A stretch of DNA of 64,000 bases, from positions 24,980 to 88,979 of the forward strand of contig CAZTYF010000007.1 of NCBI GenBank assembly GCA_964617455.1, written 5' to 3'. Below, one piece after another: positions 8,189 to 17,415 of this stretch. The translations under genes and the position numbers were made by a program. The stretch is from an uncultured Oscillospiraceae bacterium (GTDB taxonomy: Bacteria > Bacillota > Clostridia > Monoglobales > Monoglobaceae). Each line of letters opens with the position of its first letter. The first letter of the stretch is position 1. The notes beneath the pieces were generated by a model, which was not told where the DNA came from, did not search any database, and was given only the letters and a program-made list of their open reading frames with translations.

Positions 8189-9661
8189 ATGTTTTATCCA
8201 ACTTTTGAACAGGTTGAGGAGTATGCCCGAGAAGGGTATAATCTGATTCCCGTTACTCTGTCGGTCTTTGCGGATATGGACACACCCATATCGGCCTTTC
8301 GAAAACTTGAAACCGACAAATACTGCTTTTTGCTTGAATCGGTGGAGGGCAACGAGCTCACCAACCGATATTCCTTCATCGGCAGAAATCCTTTTCTCAT
8401 ATTCAAGAGTCGGGGCGATATTGCGGAAATCACCGATTTCAACGGAGTAACCGAACGCCGAGAAGGGAACCCCATTGACATATTGAACGAATATGCGGAC
8501 AAGTTTCGTTCCCCCATCATCGACGGCCTGCCCTCTTTCAGCGGCGGAGCGGTGGGATGTTTTGCCTATGACTTGGTGCGGTTGACCGAAAGGCTCCCGG
8601 AGCCTCCGGAGGACGACCTTGACCAGCCCGATATGCATTTTATGTTTACCGATGAGATTGTGGCTTTTGACAACAAAGCCAAGAAGATTGTCATTATGGT
8701 CAATATCCATCCCGGGGAAAATTTGCGGTTCAGATATGACCGAGCGGTGGAGCGGCTGATTGAAATCAAAAACGAGCTTTCCGCCCCCCTGATTCTCCCC
8801 TCAAAACCGGGCAGCGGATTTCGGGGCTCCGCCAAAGCAAAGAGCAACATCTCCAAAGAGCGGTTTTGCGAAAATGTGGAAAAGGCAAAGGAATATATCA
8901 AAAACGGGGACATATTCCAGGTGGTGCTGTCACAGCGGTTTGAGATTGAAAACTACAGCGACCCCCTGGGCGCCTATCGGGCCATAAGAGTCATAAACCC
9001 CTCCCCTTATATGTATTTTCTGAAGTTTGACGACTATCAAATCGCAGGAGCCTCTCCCGAACTTTTGGTGCGGGTGGAGGACGGCATTGTGTACAACAGC
9101 CCCATTGCGGGCAGCAGGCCGAGAGGCAAAACCCCGGAGGAGGACAAGCAAAACGAGATTGACCTTTTGGCGGACCCCAAGGAAAATGCCGAGCATATTA
9201 TGCTTGTCGACTTGGGACGGAACGATGTGGGCAAAGTTTGCGAGTTCGGCACCGTGGAGGTGACTCGGCTCAAATATATACAGCGGTTTTCTCACATTAT
9301 GCATATGACCTCGGATATTCGGGGAAAACTCCGAAAGGACAAAACCCCCTTTGATGCCCTTCGGGCGGTGCTTCCCGCGGGAACCTTGTCCGGGGCGCCC
9401 AAAATTCGGGCCATGGAAATTATCGACGAGTTGGAAACGAGGAAGCGGGGCTTCTATGGCGGGGCCATCGGATATATCGGCTTCGGCGGCAGTCTTGACT
9501 CTTGCATAACCATCAGAACCGCCCTCTTTAAGGACAACAAGGCCTATGTTCAAGCGGGAGCGGGAATCGTGTATGATTCCGTGCCCGAGACGGAATACAG
9601 CGAAACCGTCAACAAGGCCATGGCGATGATTCAGGCCATAGAAAGGGCAGGTGACCTTTGA
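8189..9661 (+). CDS. trpE: anthranilate synthase component I
   Basis: GAGGAGG lies 8 nt upstream of ATG 8189. The translation carries TrpE signatures (LLESVEG, GAVGCFAYD, PSPYMYF, GTLSGAPKIRAMEII, YGGAIGY). Confidence 0.95.
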   Translation: MFYPTFEQVEEYAREGYNLIPVTLSVFADMDTPISAFRKLETDKYCFLLESVEGNELTNRYSFIGRNPFLIFKSRGDIAEITDFNGVTERREGNPIDILNEYADKFRSPIIDGLPSFSGGAVGCFAYDLVRLTERLPEPPEDDLDQPDMHFMFTDEIVAFDNKAKKIVIMVNIHPGENLRFRYDRAVERLIEIKNELSAPLILPSKPGSGFRGSAKAKSNISKERFCENVEKAKEYIKNGDIFQVVLSQRFEIENYSDPLGAYRAIRVINPSPYMYFLKFDDYQIAGASPELLVRVEDGIVYNSPIAGSRPRGKTPEEDKQNEIDLLADPKENAEHIMLVDLGRNDVGKVCEFGTVEVTRLKYIQRFSHIMHMTSDIRGKLRKDKTPFDALRAVLPAGTLSGAPKIRAMEIIDELETRKRGFYGGAIGYIGFGGSLDSCITIRTALFKDNKAYVQAGAGIVYDSVPETEYSETVNKAMAMIQAIERAGDL

Positions 9662-10239
9662 TGAATATCATTATCGACAACTATGACTCCTTCACCTATA
9701 ACCTTTATCAATACATAGGCGAGATAGACCCCGACGTGGCCGTTTGGCGCAACGATGAAATCACCGTCGACGAAATCGAGGAAATGAATCCCGAACATAT
9801 TATCATCTCTCCCGGTCCCAAATATCCCAAGGATGCGGGAATTTGCATTGAGCTGATAGGCAGGCTCTTCAAAAAAATCCCCATTTTGGGTGTGTGTTTG
9901 GGCCACCAGTCCATCGGGGAGGCCATGGGCGGAAAAACGGTCCATGCACCAAGGCTTATGCACGGGAAAGACGATACGGCAAAAATCCTAAGCAAGGAGT
10001 CGGTTTTATTTGAGGGCATAGAGGGAGACGAAATCAGAGTGGGGAGATACCATTCTTTGGTCACAGATGAGGGCAGCCTGCCCCAATCCATAAAAGTCAC
10101 CGCCAAAACCGACGACGGCTCGGTTATGGCCATGGAGCATCGGGAGTATCCCCTGTTCGGCCTTCAATTTCACCCCGAATCGGTGCTTACGCCGGAGGGC
10201 AAAAAAATTCTGCGTAACTTTTTGAATATAAAAAAATAA
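9658..10239 (+). CDS. trpG: anthranilate synthase component II (glutamine amidotransferase)
   Basis: ATGA overlap with the trpE stop. Class-I GATase motifs are present: IIDNYDSFTYNL, GVCLGHQ (catalytic Cys) and FHPES. Confidence 0.93.
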   Translation: MMNIIIDNYDSFTYNLYQYIGEIDPDVAVWRNDEITVDEIEEMNPEHIIISPGPKYPKDAGICIELIGRLFKKIPILGVCLGHQSIGEAMGGKTVHAPRLMHGKDDTAKILSKESVLFEGIEGDEIRVGRYHSLVTDEGSLPQSIKVTAKTDDGSVMAMEHREYPLFGLQFHPESVLTPEGKKILRNFLNIKK

Positions 10240-10258
10240 AATATAAGGAGAGAAAATT

Positions 10259-11275
10259 ATGCTTACGAAGTACATACGAAAGATTACGGATGGAGAGGAT
10301 TTGACTTTTGAGGAGGCAAAAACCGCCATGGATGCGGTGTTGGACGGAGGAGCGACTCCCGTTCAAATCAGCGCTTACCTGACCGCCCTTCGCATGAAAG
10401 GGGAAACCATCGATGAGATAAGCGGCAGCGCCGCCATGATGAACAGCAAGGCCTCTCTCATTGCGCCCAATGTTCCCGACTATGTTGACTGTGTGGGAAC
10501 GGGCGGAGACGGCACAAACACTTTCAATATCTCAACCACGGCGGCATTCGCCATCGCAGGTTCGGGAGCCAAAACCGCCAAGCACGGCAATCGGGCCGTG
10601 TCCAGCAAATGCGGCAGCGCCGATGTTCTTGAGGCTTTGGGAGTGAATATTATGATAACCCCGGAGCAGGTTAAGGAATGCGTCGAAAAAATCGGCATCG
10701 GTTTTATGTTTGCTCGGACCATGCATCCCTGTATGAAAACCGTATCGGGCGTTCGGAGCGAGATAAAAATTCGGACCCTGTTCAATATTTTGGGCCCCCT
10801 GTCCAACCCGTCCAATGCGAAGCACCAAGTTATCGGTGTCTTTGACGAAAATCTGACCCACCCCTTGGCGGAGGCCATGATGAAATTGGGTATCACGGCG
10901 GGAATGACGGTGTGCGGAGTTGACGACGGCATGGATGAATTGTCAACCATAGGCAAGACCAAAATCTCCGAAATCAAAGACGGCAAGGTTATCGACTACT
11001 TTATCGAGCCGGAGGATATGGGCCTCAAAAGAGCAAAGGCAGAGGATATAAAGGGCGGCGACGTTACCGAAAACGTTGCCATCACTCTCGGTGTCCTCAA
11101 CGGTGAAAAAGGTCCCCGTCGGGATATTGTGGTTCTCAATGCAGGAGCCGCCATTTATACCACCGGTTTGGCAAAATCCATCCGGGAGGGTGTCCGCATG
11201 GCGGAAAAGGCCATAGACAGCGGCGCCGCAAAGGAAAAACTGAATCAATTGAAAGAAATGACGAATTCTTTTTAA
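10259..11275 (+). CDS. trpD: anthranilate phosphoribosyltransferase
   Basis: AAGGAG ribosome-binding site. Motifs VGTGGDGTNTFNISTTAAF and KHGNRAVSSKCGSADVLEALG are diagnostic for TrpD. Confidence 0.95.
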   Translation: MLTKYIRKITDGEDLTFEEAKTAMDAVLDGGATPVQISAYLTALRMKGETIDEISGSAAMMNSKASLIAPNVPDYVDCVGTGGDGTNTFNISTTAAFAIAGSGAKTAKHGNRAVSSKCGSADVLEALGVNIMITPEQVKECVEKIGIGFMFARTMHPCMKTVSGVRSEIKIRTLFNILGPLSNPSNAKHQVIGVFDENLTHPLAEAMMKLGITAGMTVCGVDDGMDELSTIGKTKISEIKDGKVIDYFIEPEDMGLKRAKAEDIKGGDVTENVAITLGVLNGEKGPRRDIVVLNAGAAIYTTGLAKSIREGVRMAEKAIDSGAAKEKLNQLKEMTNSF

Positions 11276-11353
11276 AATCGGCATTGTTTCCCTGCGGGAA
11301 GGGCAGTCTTGAGAAAAGGCGGCCCCGAAAGGGAAGATCGGAAATCGAAAAAT

Positions 11354-12157
11354 ATGGATATACTTGAAAAAATCGTAGCAAAAAAGAGAATATATTTGGA
11401 AAGCCAAAAGGAAAAAACCGATTACAAAACCCTGCGGGAGCAGGCAGAGGCGGCTTTTGGAGAGAGGGAGCGTCCGAGTTTTTTCGATGCTCTGAAAAAT
11501 TACGAAAAGATTTCAATCATTGCCGAAGTCAAAAAGGCCTCTCCTTCCAAAGGTCTTATTCGGCCCGATCTTGACCATATGGATGTGGCAAGGGAATATC
11601 TGAAATCCGATGTTCAGGCCATGTCTGTGCTGACGGAGACGGATTTCTTTTTGGGAAAGCCCGAGTTTTTGTCGGATATTGCGGAGATTTCGGATAAACC
11701 TCTTTTGCGCAAGGATTTCGTGATTGACGACTATCAAATCTATGAGGCAAGTCTTCTCGGTGCCTCGGCAATATTGCTCATCGCGGCGATTCTTGACGAC
11801 AAAACCATGGCCCGGTATATGGAAATCGCCCATGGGCTCAATCTCGACTGTTTGGCGGAGGTGCACAATTCCGAGGAGCTCCGCCGGGTAAACGCCCTGG
11901 GCGCGAGGATCGTGGGAGTCAACAACCGAAACCTGAAAACCTTTGAAGAGGATTTGACCGTCTCGGAGCGGCTTTTGGGGCTTTTGGAAGAGAGGAACAA
12001 AAAGGTTTTGATTTCGGAAAGCGGAATCCGAAGCAGCCGAGACCTCCGATACATAGAGTCAATCGGCGCCGACGGGGCCCTTATCGGGGAGCTTTTTATG
12101 AGGCGGGACAACATCTCCGCTGCGGTTTCGGATTTGAGAAGCGGAAGGCTTGGTTGA
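11354..12157 (+). CDS. trpC: indole-3-glycerol phosphate synthase
   Basis: MDILEKIVAKKR..., IAEVKKASPSKG, LRKDFVIDDYQIYEA and VGVNNRNLKTF are typical TrpC motifs. The start is placed at ATG 11354 inside the longer ORF that opens at 11309. Confidence 0.9.
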   Translation: MDILEKIVAKKRIYLESQKEKTDYKTLREQAEAAFGERERPSFFDALKNYEKISIIAEVKKASPSKGLIRPDLDHMDVAREYLKSDVQAMSVLTETDFFLGKPEFLSDIAEISDKPLLRKDFVIDDYQIYEASLLGASAILLIAAILDDKTMARYMEIAHGLNLDCLAEVHNSEELRRVNALGARIVGVNNRNLKTFEEDLTVSERLLGLLEERNKKVLISESGIRSSRDLRYIESIGADGALIGELFMRRDNISAAVSDLRSGRLG

Positions 12158-12158
12158 T

Positions 12159-12788
12159 ATGAGTGTTAAAATAAAAATCTGCGGCCTTATGCGAGAGGCG
12201 GACGCCGACGGAGTGAACGCCGCAATGCCGGACTACGCCGGATTTGTGTTCTATGAAAAAAGCCGCCGCCGACTTTCCGGCGAAGAGGCCGCCGCCATAA
12301 GGCAGAGGCTTTCACCGAATATAAAGGCGGTGGGAGTGTTTGTGAATATGCCCACAGACGGCATAGTCTCCCTGGCAAAGAAGGTATCTCTCGATGTTTT
12401 GCAGCTCCACGGCGACGAGGACGAAGACTTCATAGAGGAGTTGAGGGCTCTGCTCCCGAACAGTGAAATTTGGAAGGCGGTGAGAGTGGGGGACGATTTC
12501 GAGCCGAAATATATTGACAAGTTCAAAAACGCCCACCGTCTGCTCTTGGATGCCTATGTTGACGGCTACGGAGGTAAAGGCAAAAGAATCGAAAACGAAA
12601 AAATAAGGGATTTGGATATGAGCCGAAACATCCTTGCGGGAGGGCTCAATCTTCAAAACATTGAGGATGCAATCAAAACTTTCAAACCCTATGGAGTGGA
12701 TGTCAGCAGCGGCGTTGAAACAGAGGGCCTGAAAGATGCGAAAAAAATAGCGGAAATCGTGGACAAAGTGAGAAGCATATCAATTTAG
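12159..12788 (+). CDS. trpF: phosphoribosylanthranilate isomerase
   Basis: VKIKICGL..., LQLHGDE and GGLNLQNI...YGVDVSSGVE match TrpF. ATG 12159 lies just after the trpC stop (12155-12157). Confidence 0.9.
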   Translation: MSVKIKICGLMREADADGVNAAMPDYAGFVFYEKSRRRLSGEEAAAIRQRLSPNIKAVGVFVNMPTDGIVSLAKKVSLDVLQLHGDEDEDFIEELRALLPNSEIWKAVRVGDDFEPKYIDKFKNAHRLLLDAYVDGYGGKGKRIENEKIRDLDMSRNILAGGLNLQNIEDAIKTFKPYGVDVSSGVETEGLKDAKKIAEIVDKVRSISI

Positions 12789-12845
12789 ACATATATTTAC
12801 TCAGTCGGCAGATTAACAAAACCAATCAAAACGAGGTATGAAATT

Positions 12846-14042
12846 ATGGCAAACAAACGAAAAGGCAGATTCGGACTCTATGGGGGACAGTATGCACCCG
12901 AAACTCTGATGCAAGCCTTAAACGAGCTTGAGGCCGCCTACACCGATGCAAAGGCGGACCCCGAATTTCAAAAGGAGCTCGGATTTTATTTGAGAGAATA
13001 TGCGGGCCGCCCCTCTCTGCTCTATTATGCGGAGAATATGACCAAAGATTTGGGAGGCGCCAAGGTATACATCAAGCGGGAGGACCTAAACCACACCGGT
13101 GCCCACAAAATCAACAACGTCTTGGGGCAGGCGCTGTTGGCAAAGCGGATGGGCAAAAAGAAGGTAATCGCAGAAACCGGTGCGGGGCAGCACGGCGTGG
13201 CAGCGGCGACGGCGGCAGCGCTGTTCGGCATGGAATGCGAGGTCTTTATGGGTGAGGAGGACACCCGACGCCAGGAGCTCAATGTGTTTCGCATGAACTT
13301 ATTGGGGGCGAAAGTCACTCCGGTGACCTCCGGCACGGCAACTCTTAAAGACGCCTGCAACGAAGCCCTCAGAGCCTGGGCGGCCAGGGCCAACGACACC
13401 CTGTATCTTTTGGGCTCCACCATGGGCCCCCATCCCTATCCCACAATAGTTCGGGACTTTCAAAGCGTTATCGGAAAAGAGATAAAAGCTCAGCTTCTTG
13501 AAAAAGAGGGACGCCTGCCCGATGCGGTCATCGCCTGCGTGGGCGGGGGCAGCAATGCCATGGGCGCTTTTTATGACTTTATAGAGGACGAGAATGTTCG
13601 CCTTATCGGGGCGGAAGCGGCAGGAGACGGAGTGGACACCGAGCGGCATGCCGCCACCATGACAAAGGGCACGGTTGGTGTGCTCCACGGTATGAAATCC
13701 ATATTCCTCCAGGACAAATCCGGGGGAATAATGCCGGTATATTCCATATCCGCAGGTTTGGACTATCCCGGAGTGGGCCCGGAACATGCGGCTCTGCGGG
13801 ACAGAGGCAGAGCGGAATACTACCCCATAACCGACAAAGAGGCGGTGGATGCCTTTTGCTATCTGACAAGGACGGAGGGCATAATCCCCGCCATAGAAAG
13901 CGCCCACGCCGTGGCACAGGCTATGAAAATCGTGCCCGAAATAGACAAGGACAAAATCGTGGTCATTAATCTTTCGGGCAGGGGCGATAAAGACGTATAC
14001 TCCGTCGCAAGATATTTGGGGGTGGAAATCAATGAAAAATAA
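12846..14042 (+). CDS. trpB: tryptophan synthase beta chain
   Basis: [13 protein letters not shown], the PLP-lysine region [11 protein letters not shown], and GGGSNAMG. Confidence 0.97.
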   Translation: MANKRKGRFGLYGGQYAPETLMQALNELEAAYTDAKADPEFQKELGFYLREYAGRPSLLYYAENMTKDLGGAKVYIKREDLNHTGAHKINNVLGQALLAKRMGKKKVIAETGAGQHGVAAATAAALFGMECEVFMGEEDTRRQELNVFRMNLLGAKVTPVTSGTATLKDACNEALRAWAARANDTLYLLGSTMGPHPYPTIVRDFQSVIGKEIKAQLLEKEGRLPDAVIACVGGGSNAMGAFYDFIEDENVRLIGAEAAGDGVDTERHAATMTKGTVGVLHGMKSIFLQDKSGGIMPVYSISAGLDYPGVGPEHAALRDRGRAEYYPITDKEAVDAFCYLTRTEGIIPAIESAHAVAQAMKIVPEIDKDKIVVINLSGRGDKDVYSVARYLGVEINEK

Positions 14043-14844
14043 TCCAAATCAAAATCGCATAGATTCCATGTTTGAAACCCTGAGAGAGAAAGGCCAAAAG
14101 GCGCTGGTAACGTTTTTGACTTTCGGCGACCCGAATTTAGAAACCTCCGAGGAACTGGTCCTTGCCATGGAAGAGGCGGGGGCGGATTTGATTGAATTGG
14201 GAGTTCCCTTCTCCGACCCGATGGCGGAGGGGCCCGTTATTCAAGCGGCCAATGTGAGAGCTTTGAAGCACAAGATAAACCTTGACATTATTTTCGGGGG
14301 TGTGGCGGATTTGCGCAAAAAAACACAAATCCCCTTGGTTTTCCTGATGTATTTCAATTCCATACTCAGCTACGGACCGGAGAGGTTTTTCGAAAATTGC
14401 AAACTCCATGGCATTGACGGGGTTATTATTCCCGACCTGCCTTTTGAGGAGAGCGACGAGGTCTATGATTTGACGCAAAAATACGGGGTATGGCAGATTT
14501 CGATGATAGCGCCCACCTCCTCCGAGGAGCGCTCAAAAGCCATATGCCAAAGAGCCAAGGGATTTCTCTACTGCGTGTCCTCCATGGGAGTGACCGGTAC
14601 CCGAGAGGATTTCACCACCGATTTTGACAAGATGTTTGCCATGCTCAACAAATACTCCGATATTCCCAAATGCATTGGTTTCGGAATTTCAAAGCCCGAG
14701 CACATCGAAAACCTGAAAAAATACTGCGACGGCTTGATTGTGGGCAGTGCTCTTGTGAAAACAATAGCCGCCGGCGACACCGACGAAGAAAAAATAAAGG
14801 GAGTAAAACAGCTGACCGCCGCATTGAAGGCGCCGCTGAAATAG
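14032..14844 (+). CDS. trpA: tryptophan synthase alpha chain
   Basis: Overlaps the trpB 3' end. [19 protein letters not shown] and [12 protein letters not shown] are TrpA signatures. Confidence 0.95.
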   Translation: MKNNPNQNRIDSMFETLREKGQKALVTFLTFGDPNLETSEELVLAMEEAGADLIELGVPFSDPMAEGPVIQAANVRALKHKINLDIIFGGVADLRKKTQIPLVFLMYFNSILSYGPERFFENCKLHGIDGVIIPDLPFEESDEVYDLTQKYGVWQISMIAPTSSEERSKAICQRAKGFLYCVSSMGVTGTREDFTTDFDKMFAMLNKYSDIPKCIGFGISKPEHIENLKKYCDGLIVGSALVKTIAAGDTDEEKIKGVKQLTAALKAPLK

Positions 14845-14863
14845 GAAAAATATGTAACTCCGG

Positions 14864-14893
14864 GGGCGGCAGAGACAGCCGCCCTATGTTTTT
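14864..14893 (+). terminator. trp operon terminator
   Basis: GGGCGGC-agagaca-GCCGCCC stem-loop followed by TATGTTTTT. Confidence 0.7.
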
Positions 14894-14984
14894 GCCATAG
14901 GCTCAATGTATGTCGAAACGGGTCTGTTGTGCCGAGAAAATCGGGCTTTCGAAGCAATTTTTCGGAAAAAACGACTCAAAACCC

Positions 14985-15013
14985 TTGACAGAACCGACAA
15001 TTTGTGATAATAT
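14985..15013 (+). promoter_or_regulatory. promoter of the rimP-nusA-infB operon
   Basis: TTGACA (14985-14990), 17-nt spacer, TAATAT (15008-15013), with an upstream TG. Confidence 0.5.
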
Positions 15014-15042
15014 GAATACGATATGAGTAGAATAGCGGCAGA

Positions 15043-15073
15043 AGAGTGAGGGAAACCTCACTCTTTAGTATTT
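15043..15073 (+). promoter_or_regulatory. leader hairpin (candidate attenuator) upstream of rimP/nusA
   Basis: Perfect 9-bp stem AGAGTGAGG-GAAA-CCTCACTCT followed by the interrupted U-tract TTAGTATTT. It lies about 30 nt downstream of the -10 and about 40 nt upstream of the rimP ATG. Confidence 0.35.
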
Positions 15074-15111
15074 GATGTGCGACGGCGGTGCCGAAAAACG
15101 AGGTTGATGAA

Positions 15112-15576
15112 ATGAAGTTGGGAAAGACCGAAAAAATCGTATATGATCTTGCCTTAAAACCTGCAGAGGAAAAGGGCTTTGAAATCTATGACATTGAATT
15201 TGTCAAGGAGGGGGGAACCTTCTTCCTCAGGATTTTCATTGACAAGCCGGGCGGGATCAACATCGACGAATGCGAAAGCTTTTCGAGGACCATAAGCGAC
15301 ATTCTCGATAGGCACGACCCCATATCCCAAGCTTACTGTTTGGAGGTTTCATCTCCGGGGATAGAGAGGCGGCTGCGGCACAGGGAGCATTTTGAAAAAG
15401 CCGTGGGAGAGACGGTGGATGTGCATCTGTACAAACCCGTAAAAGGCAGCAAGGAGCTCACCGGAGTGCTCTTGTCCGTTGACGAGGAAAACAATATGAC
15501 CCTTGATGCGGGCGGGGAGAATATAATCATCCCCCAATCGGATGCGGCAAGAGTGAATATTCACTTTGATTTTTAA
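15112..15576 (+). CDS. rimP: ribosome maturation factor RimP
   Basis: FEIYDIEFVKEGGTFFLRIFIDKPGGINIDECE...LEVSSPGIERRL matches RimP. GAGG lies 8 nt upstream of ATG 15112. Confidence 0.9.
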   Translation: MKLGKTEKIVYDLALKPAEEKGFEIYDIEFVKEGGTFFLRIFIDKPGGINIDECESFSRTISDILDRHDPISQAYCLEVSSPGIERRLRHREHFEKAVGETVDVHLYKPVKGSKELTGVLLSVDEENNMTLDAGGENIIIPQSDAARVNIHFDF

Positions 15577-15607
15577 ATACAAATAAAGAGAGGATGTATC
15601 AGGAAAA

Positions 15608-16786
15608 ATGAGTTCGGAGATTTTTAATTTATTGGATGAAATTGAGGAAGAAAAGGGCATAAGCAGAGATGTGGTCCTTGACGCACTCAAAGGCGCCCTT
15701 ATTTCCGCCTACAAAAAGAACTTCGGGGCCGCATCCGATATTGATGTGATATTCTCGGAAGAGGGCGAAATCAAGATTTGCGCCATAAAGAAAATCGTTG
15801 AAGAAGTGGAAGACAGAGAAGCCGAAATATCCTTGGAAGATGCCCTCAAACTGCCCGAAAAGGACAGACCCATTGTGATAGTTCGAGACGGTGTCGAGAC
15901 AGATGTGAGAGATCCGAAAATTTGGGAAAAAACCGGCTGCCAAGTAGACGACATTCTCAAATTTGAGTTCACGCCCAAAGCCTTCGGCCGAATTGCGGCT
16001 CAGACGGCACGGCAGGTTGTTTTCCAGAGAATACGGGAAGCAGAGCGGGAAAAGATGGTGGACGAATACAGCAGCCGAGAGAACAACATCGTCGATGCGG
16101 TTGTGAGAAAGATAGACCGCCGCAATGTTATGTTGGAAATAGACGGCAACGAGTCGGTGCTTATGTCCAACGAACAGGTGAAACACGACAACTACAGAGT
16201 GGGCGAACACTATAAGGTTTTCGTGGTGGAGATTGCCGACAGCATAAAAGGTGCGAGACTGGTTGTCTCCCGTTCCCATCCGGGCTTGGTGAGATGTCTG
16301 TTTGAGCTTGAGGTTCCTGAAATCTCTCAGGGAATCATAGAGTTCAAGGGAATTTCCCGAGAAGCCGGGTCAAGGTCAAAGATCGCGGTGGCATCCACGG
16401 AGAAAAATGTGGACCCGGTGGGAACCTGCATAGGTCCCGGAGGAACGAGAGTCCAAAATGTGATAAATGAACTGCGGGGCGAGAAAATCGACATTATCAG
16501 ATACAGCGATGACCCGGCGGAGTTTGTTTCCAATGCCCTAAGCCCCGCAAAGGTTTTGTCCATAAACGTTTTCCCCGGCGAGAAAATGTGCAAGGTTGTG
16601 GTTCCGGAGAGTCAGCTCTCCCTTGCCATTGGCCGAGAGGGCCAGAATGTGCGGCTTGCGGCCCGCCTCACCGGCTGGAAAATTGATTTGAGCGCCTCTT
16701 CCGAAAACCGCAGTAAACGCCCCGAGGAAACCTCCGAGGCGGATATGGAAAACGAGGTTGCGGAAATTTTGGAAAAGACGGATTAG
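15608..16786 (+). CDS. nusA: transcription termination/antitermination factor NusA
   Basis: NusA N-domain, S1 and two KH regions (DPVGTCIGPGGTRVQNV, LAIGREGQNVRLAARLTGWKIDL). Confidence 0.97.
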   Translation: MSSEIFNLLDEIEEEKGISRDVVLDALKGALISAYKKNFGAASDIDVIFSEEGEIKICAIKKIVEEVEDREAEISLEDALKLPEKDRPIVIVRDGVETDVRDPKIWEKTGCQVDDILKFEFTPKAFGRIAAQTARQVVFQRIREAEREKMVDEYSSRENNIVDAVVRKIDRRNVMLEIDGNESVLMSNEQVKHDNYRVGEHYKVFVVEIADSIKGARLVVSRSHPGLVRCLFELEVPEISQGIIEFKGISREAGSRSKIAVASTEKNVDPVGTCIGPGGTRVQNVINELRGEKIDIIRYSDDPAEFVSNALSPAKVLSINVFPGEKMCKVVVPESQLSLAIGREGQNVRLAARLTGWKIDLSASSENRSKRPEETSEADMENEVAEILEKTD

Positions 16787-16788
16787 TT

Positions 16789-17031
16789 ATGCCGATTAGA
16801 ATGTGCACGGTATGTCGGGGCCGCTTTGAAAAAAGGGAGCTTTTTCGGGTGGTTGAAACCGAAGAAGGGGAAATCCGCATCGACAAAGGGCAAAAGGCCC
16901 AATGCCGAGGGATGTATATTTGCAAGGACTGTATGCCCGATGCCCGAAAGAAAAAGGTATTGGAGCGAAACTTCCGCCGCAGGATTGAACCCGAAATCTA
17001 TGACAGAATACGGGCGGAATCGGAGGAATAG
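16789..17031 (+). CDS. ylxR: YlxR/RnpM family (DUF448) RNA-binding protein
   Basis: The PIRMCTVCR...ELFRVV motif, plus the conserved position between nusA and infB. Confidence 0.85.
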   Translation: MPIRMCTVCRGRFEKRELFRVVETEEGEIRIDKGQKAQCRGMYICKDCMPDARKKKVLERNFRRRIEPEIYDRIRAESEE

Positions 17032-17058
17032 ACGGAAACGGAGGCGGCAAGAGATTCT

Positions 17059-17415
17059 ATGAGCCGAGAAACACTGCCGGAGACGAGAAATTTGATGGGC
17101 TTTGTGGGTCTTTGTCAAAGAGCCGGAAAGCTGGTCTCGGGAGACGGCAAAACCGAGGAAGCCGTGAGACGAAATCGGGCATATTTGGTGTTGATGAGCA
17201 ACGACGCCTCCGAGAACACCGTTAAAAAATACGGGAATATGTGCAAAAGCCGCGGAGTTCCCATTGTCACCCTGACGGGGCGGAAAGAATTGGGCGCCGC
17301 CATAGGAAAAGAATATGCGGTCACCGCCGCAGTCACCGATAGGGGATTTGCAAAGCGCATAACAGAGTTAGCAGAAAGGGCTGATGTAAATAATGGAAAA
17401 AATACGAGCTTATGA
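17059..17415 (+). CDS. ylxQ: L7Ae/YlxQ-family ribosomal-protein-like RNA-binding protein
   Basis: [37 protein letters not shown] is typical of YlxQ. The start is uncertain (ATG 17059 or ATG 17095). Confidence 0.8.
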   Translation: MSRETLPETRNLMGFVGLCQRAGKLVSGDGKTEEAVRRNRAYLVLMSNDASENTVKKYGNMCKSRGVPIVTLTGRKELGAAIGKEYAVTAAVTDRGFAKRITELAERADVNNGKNTSL

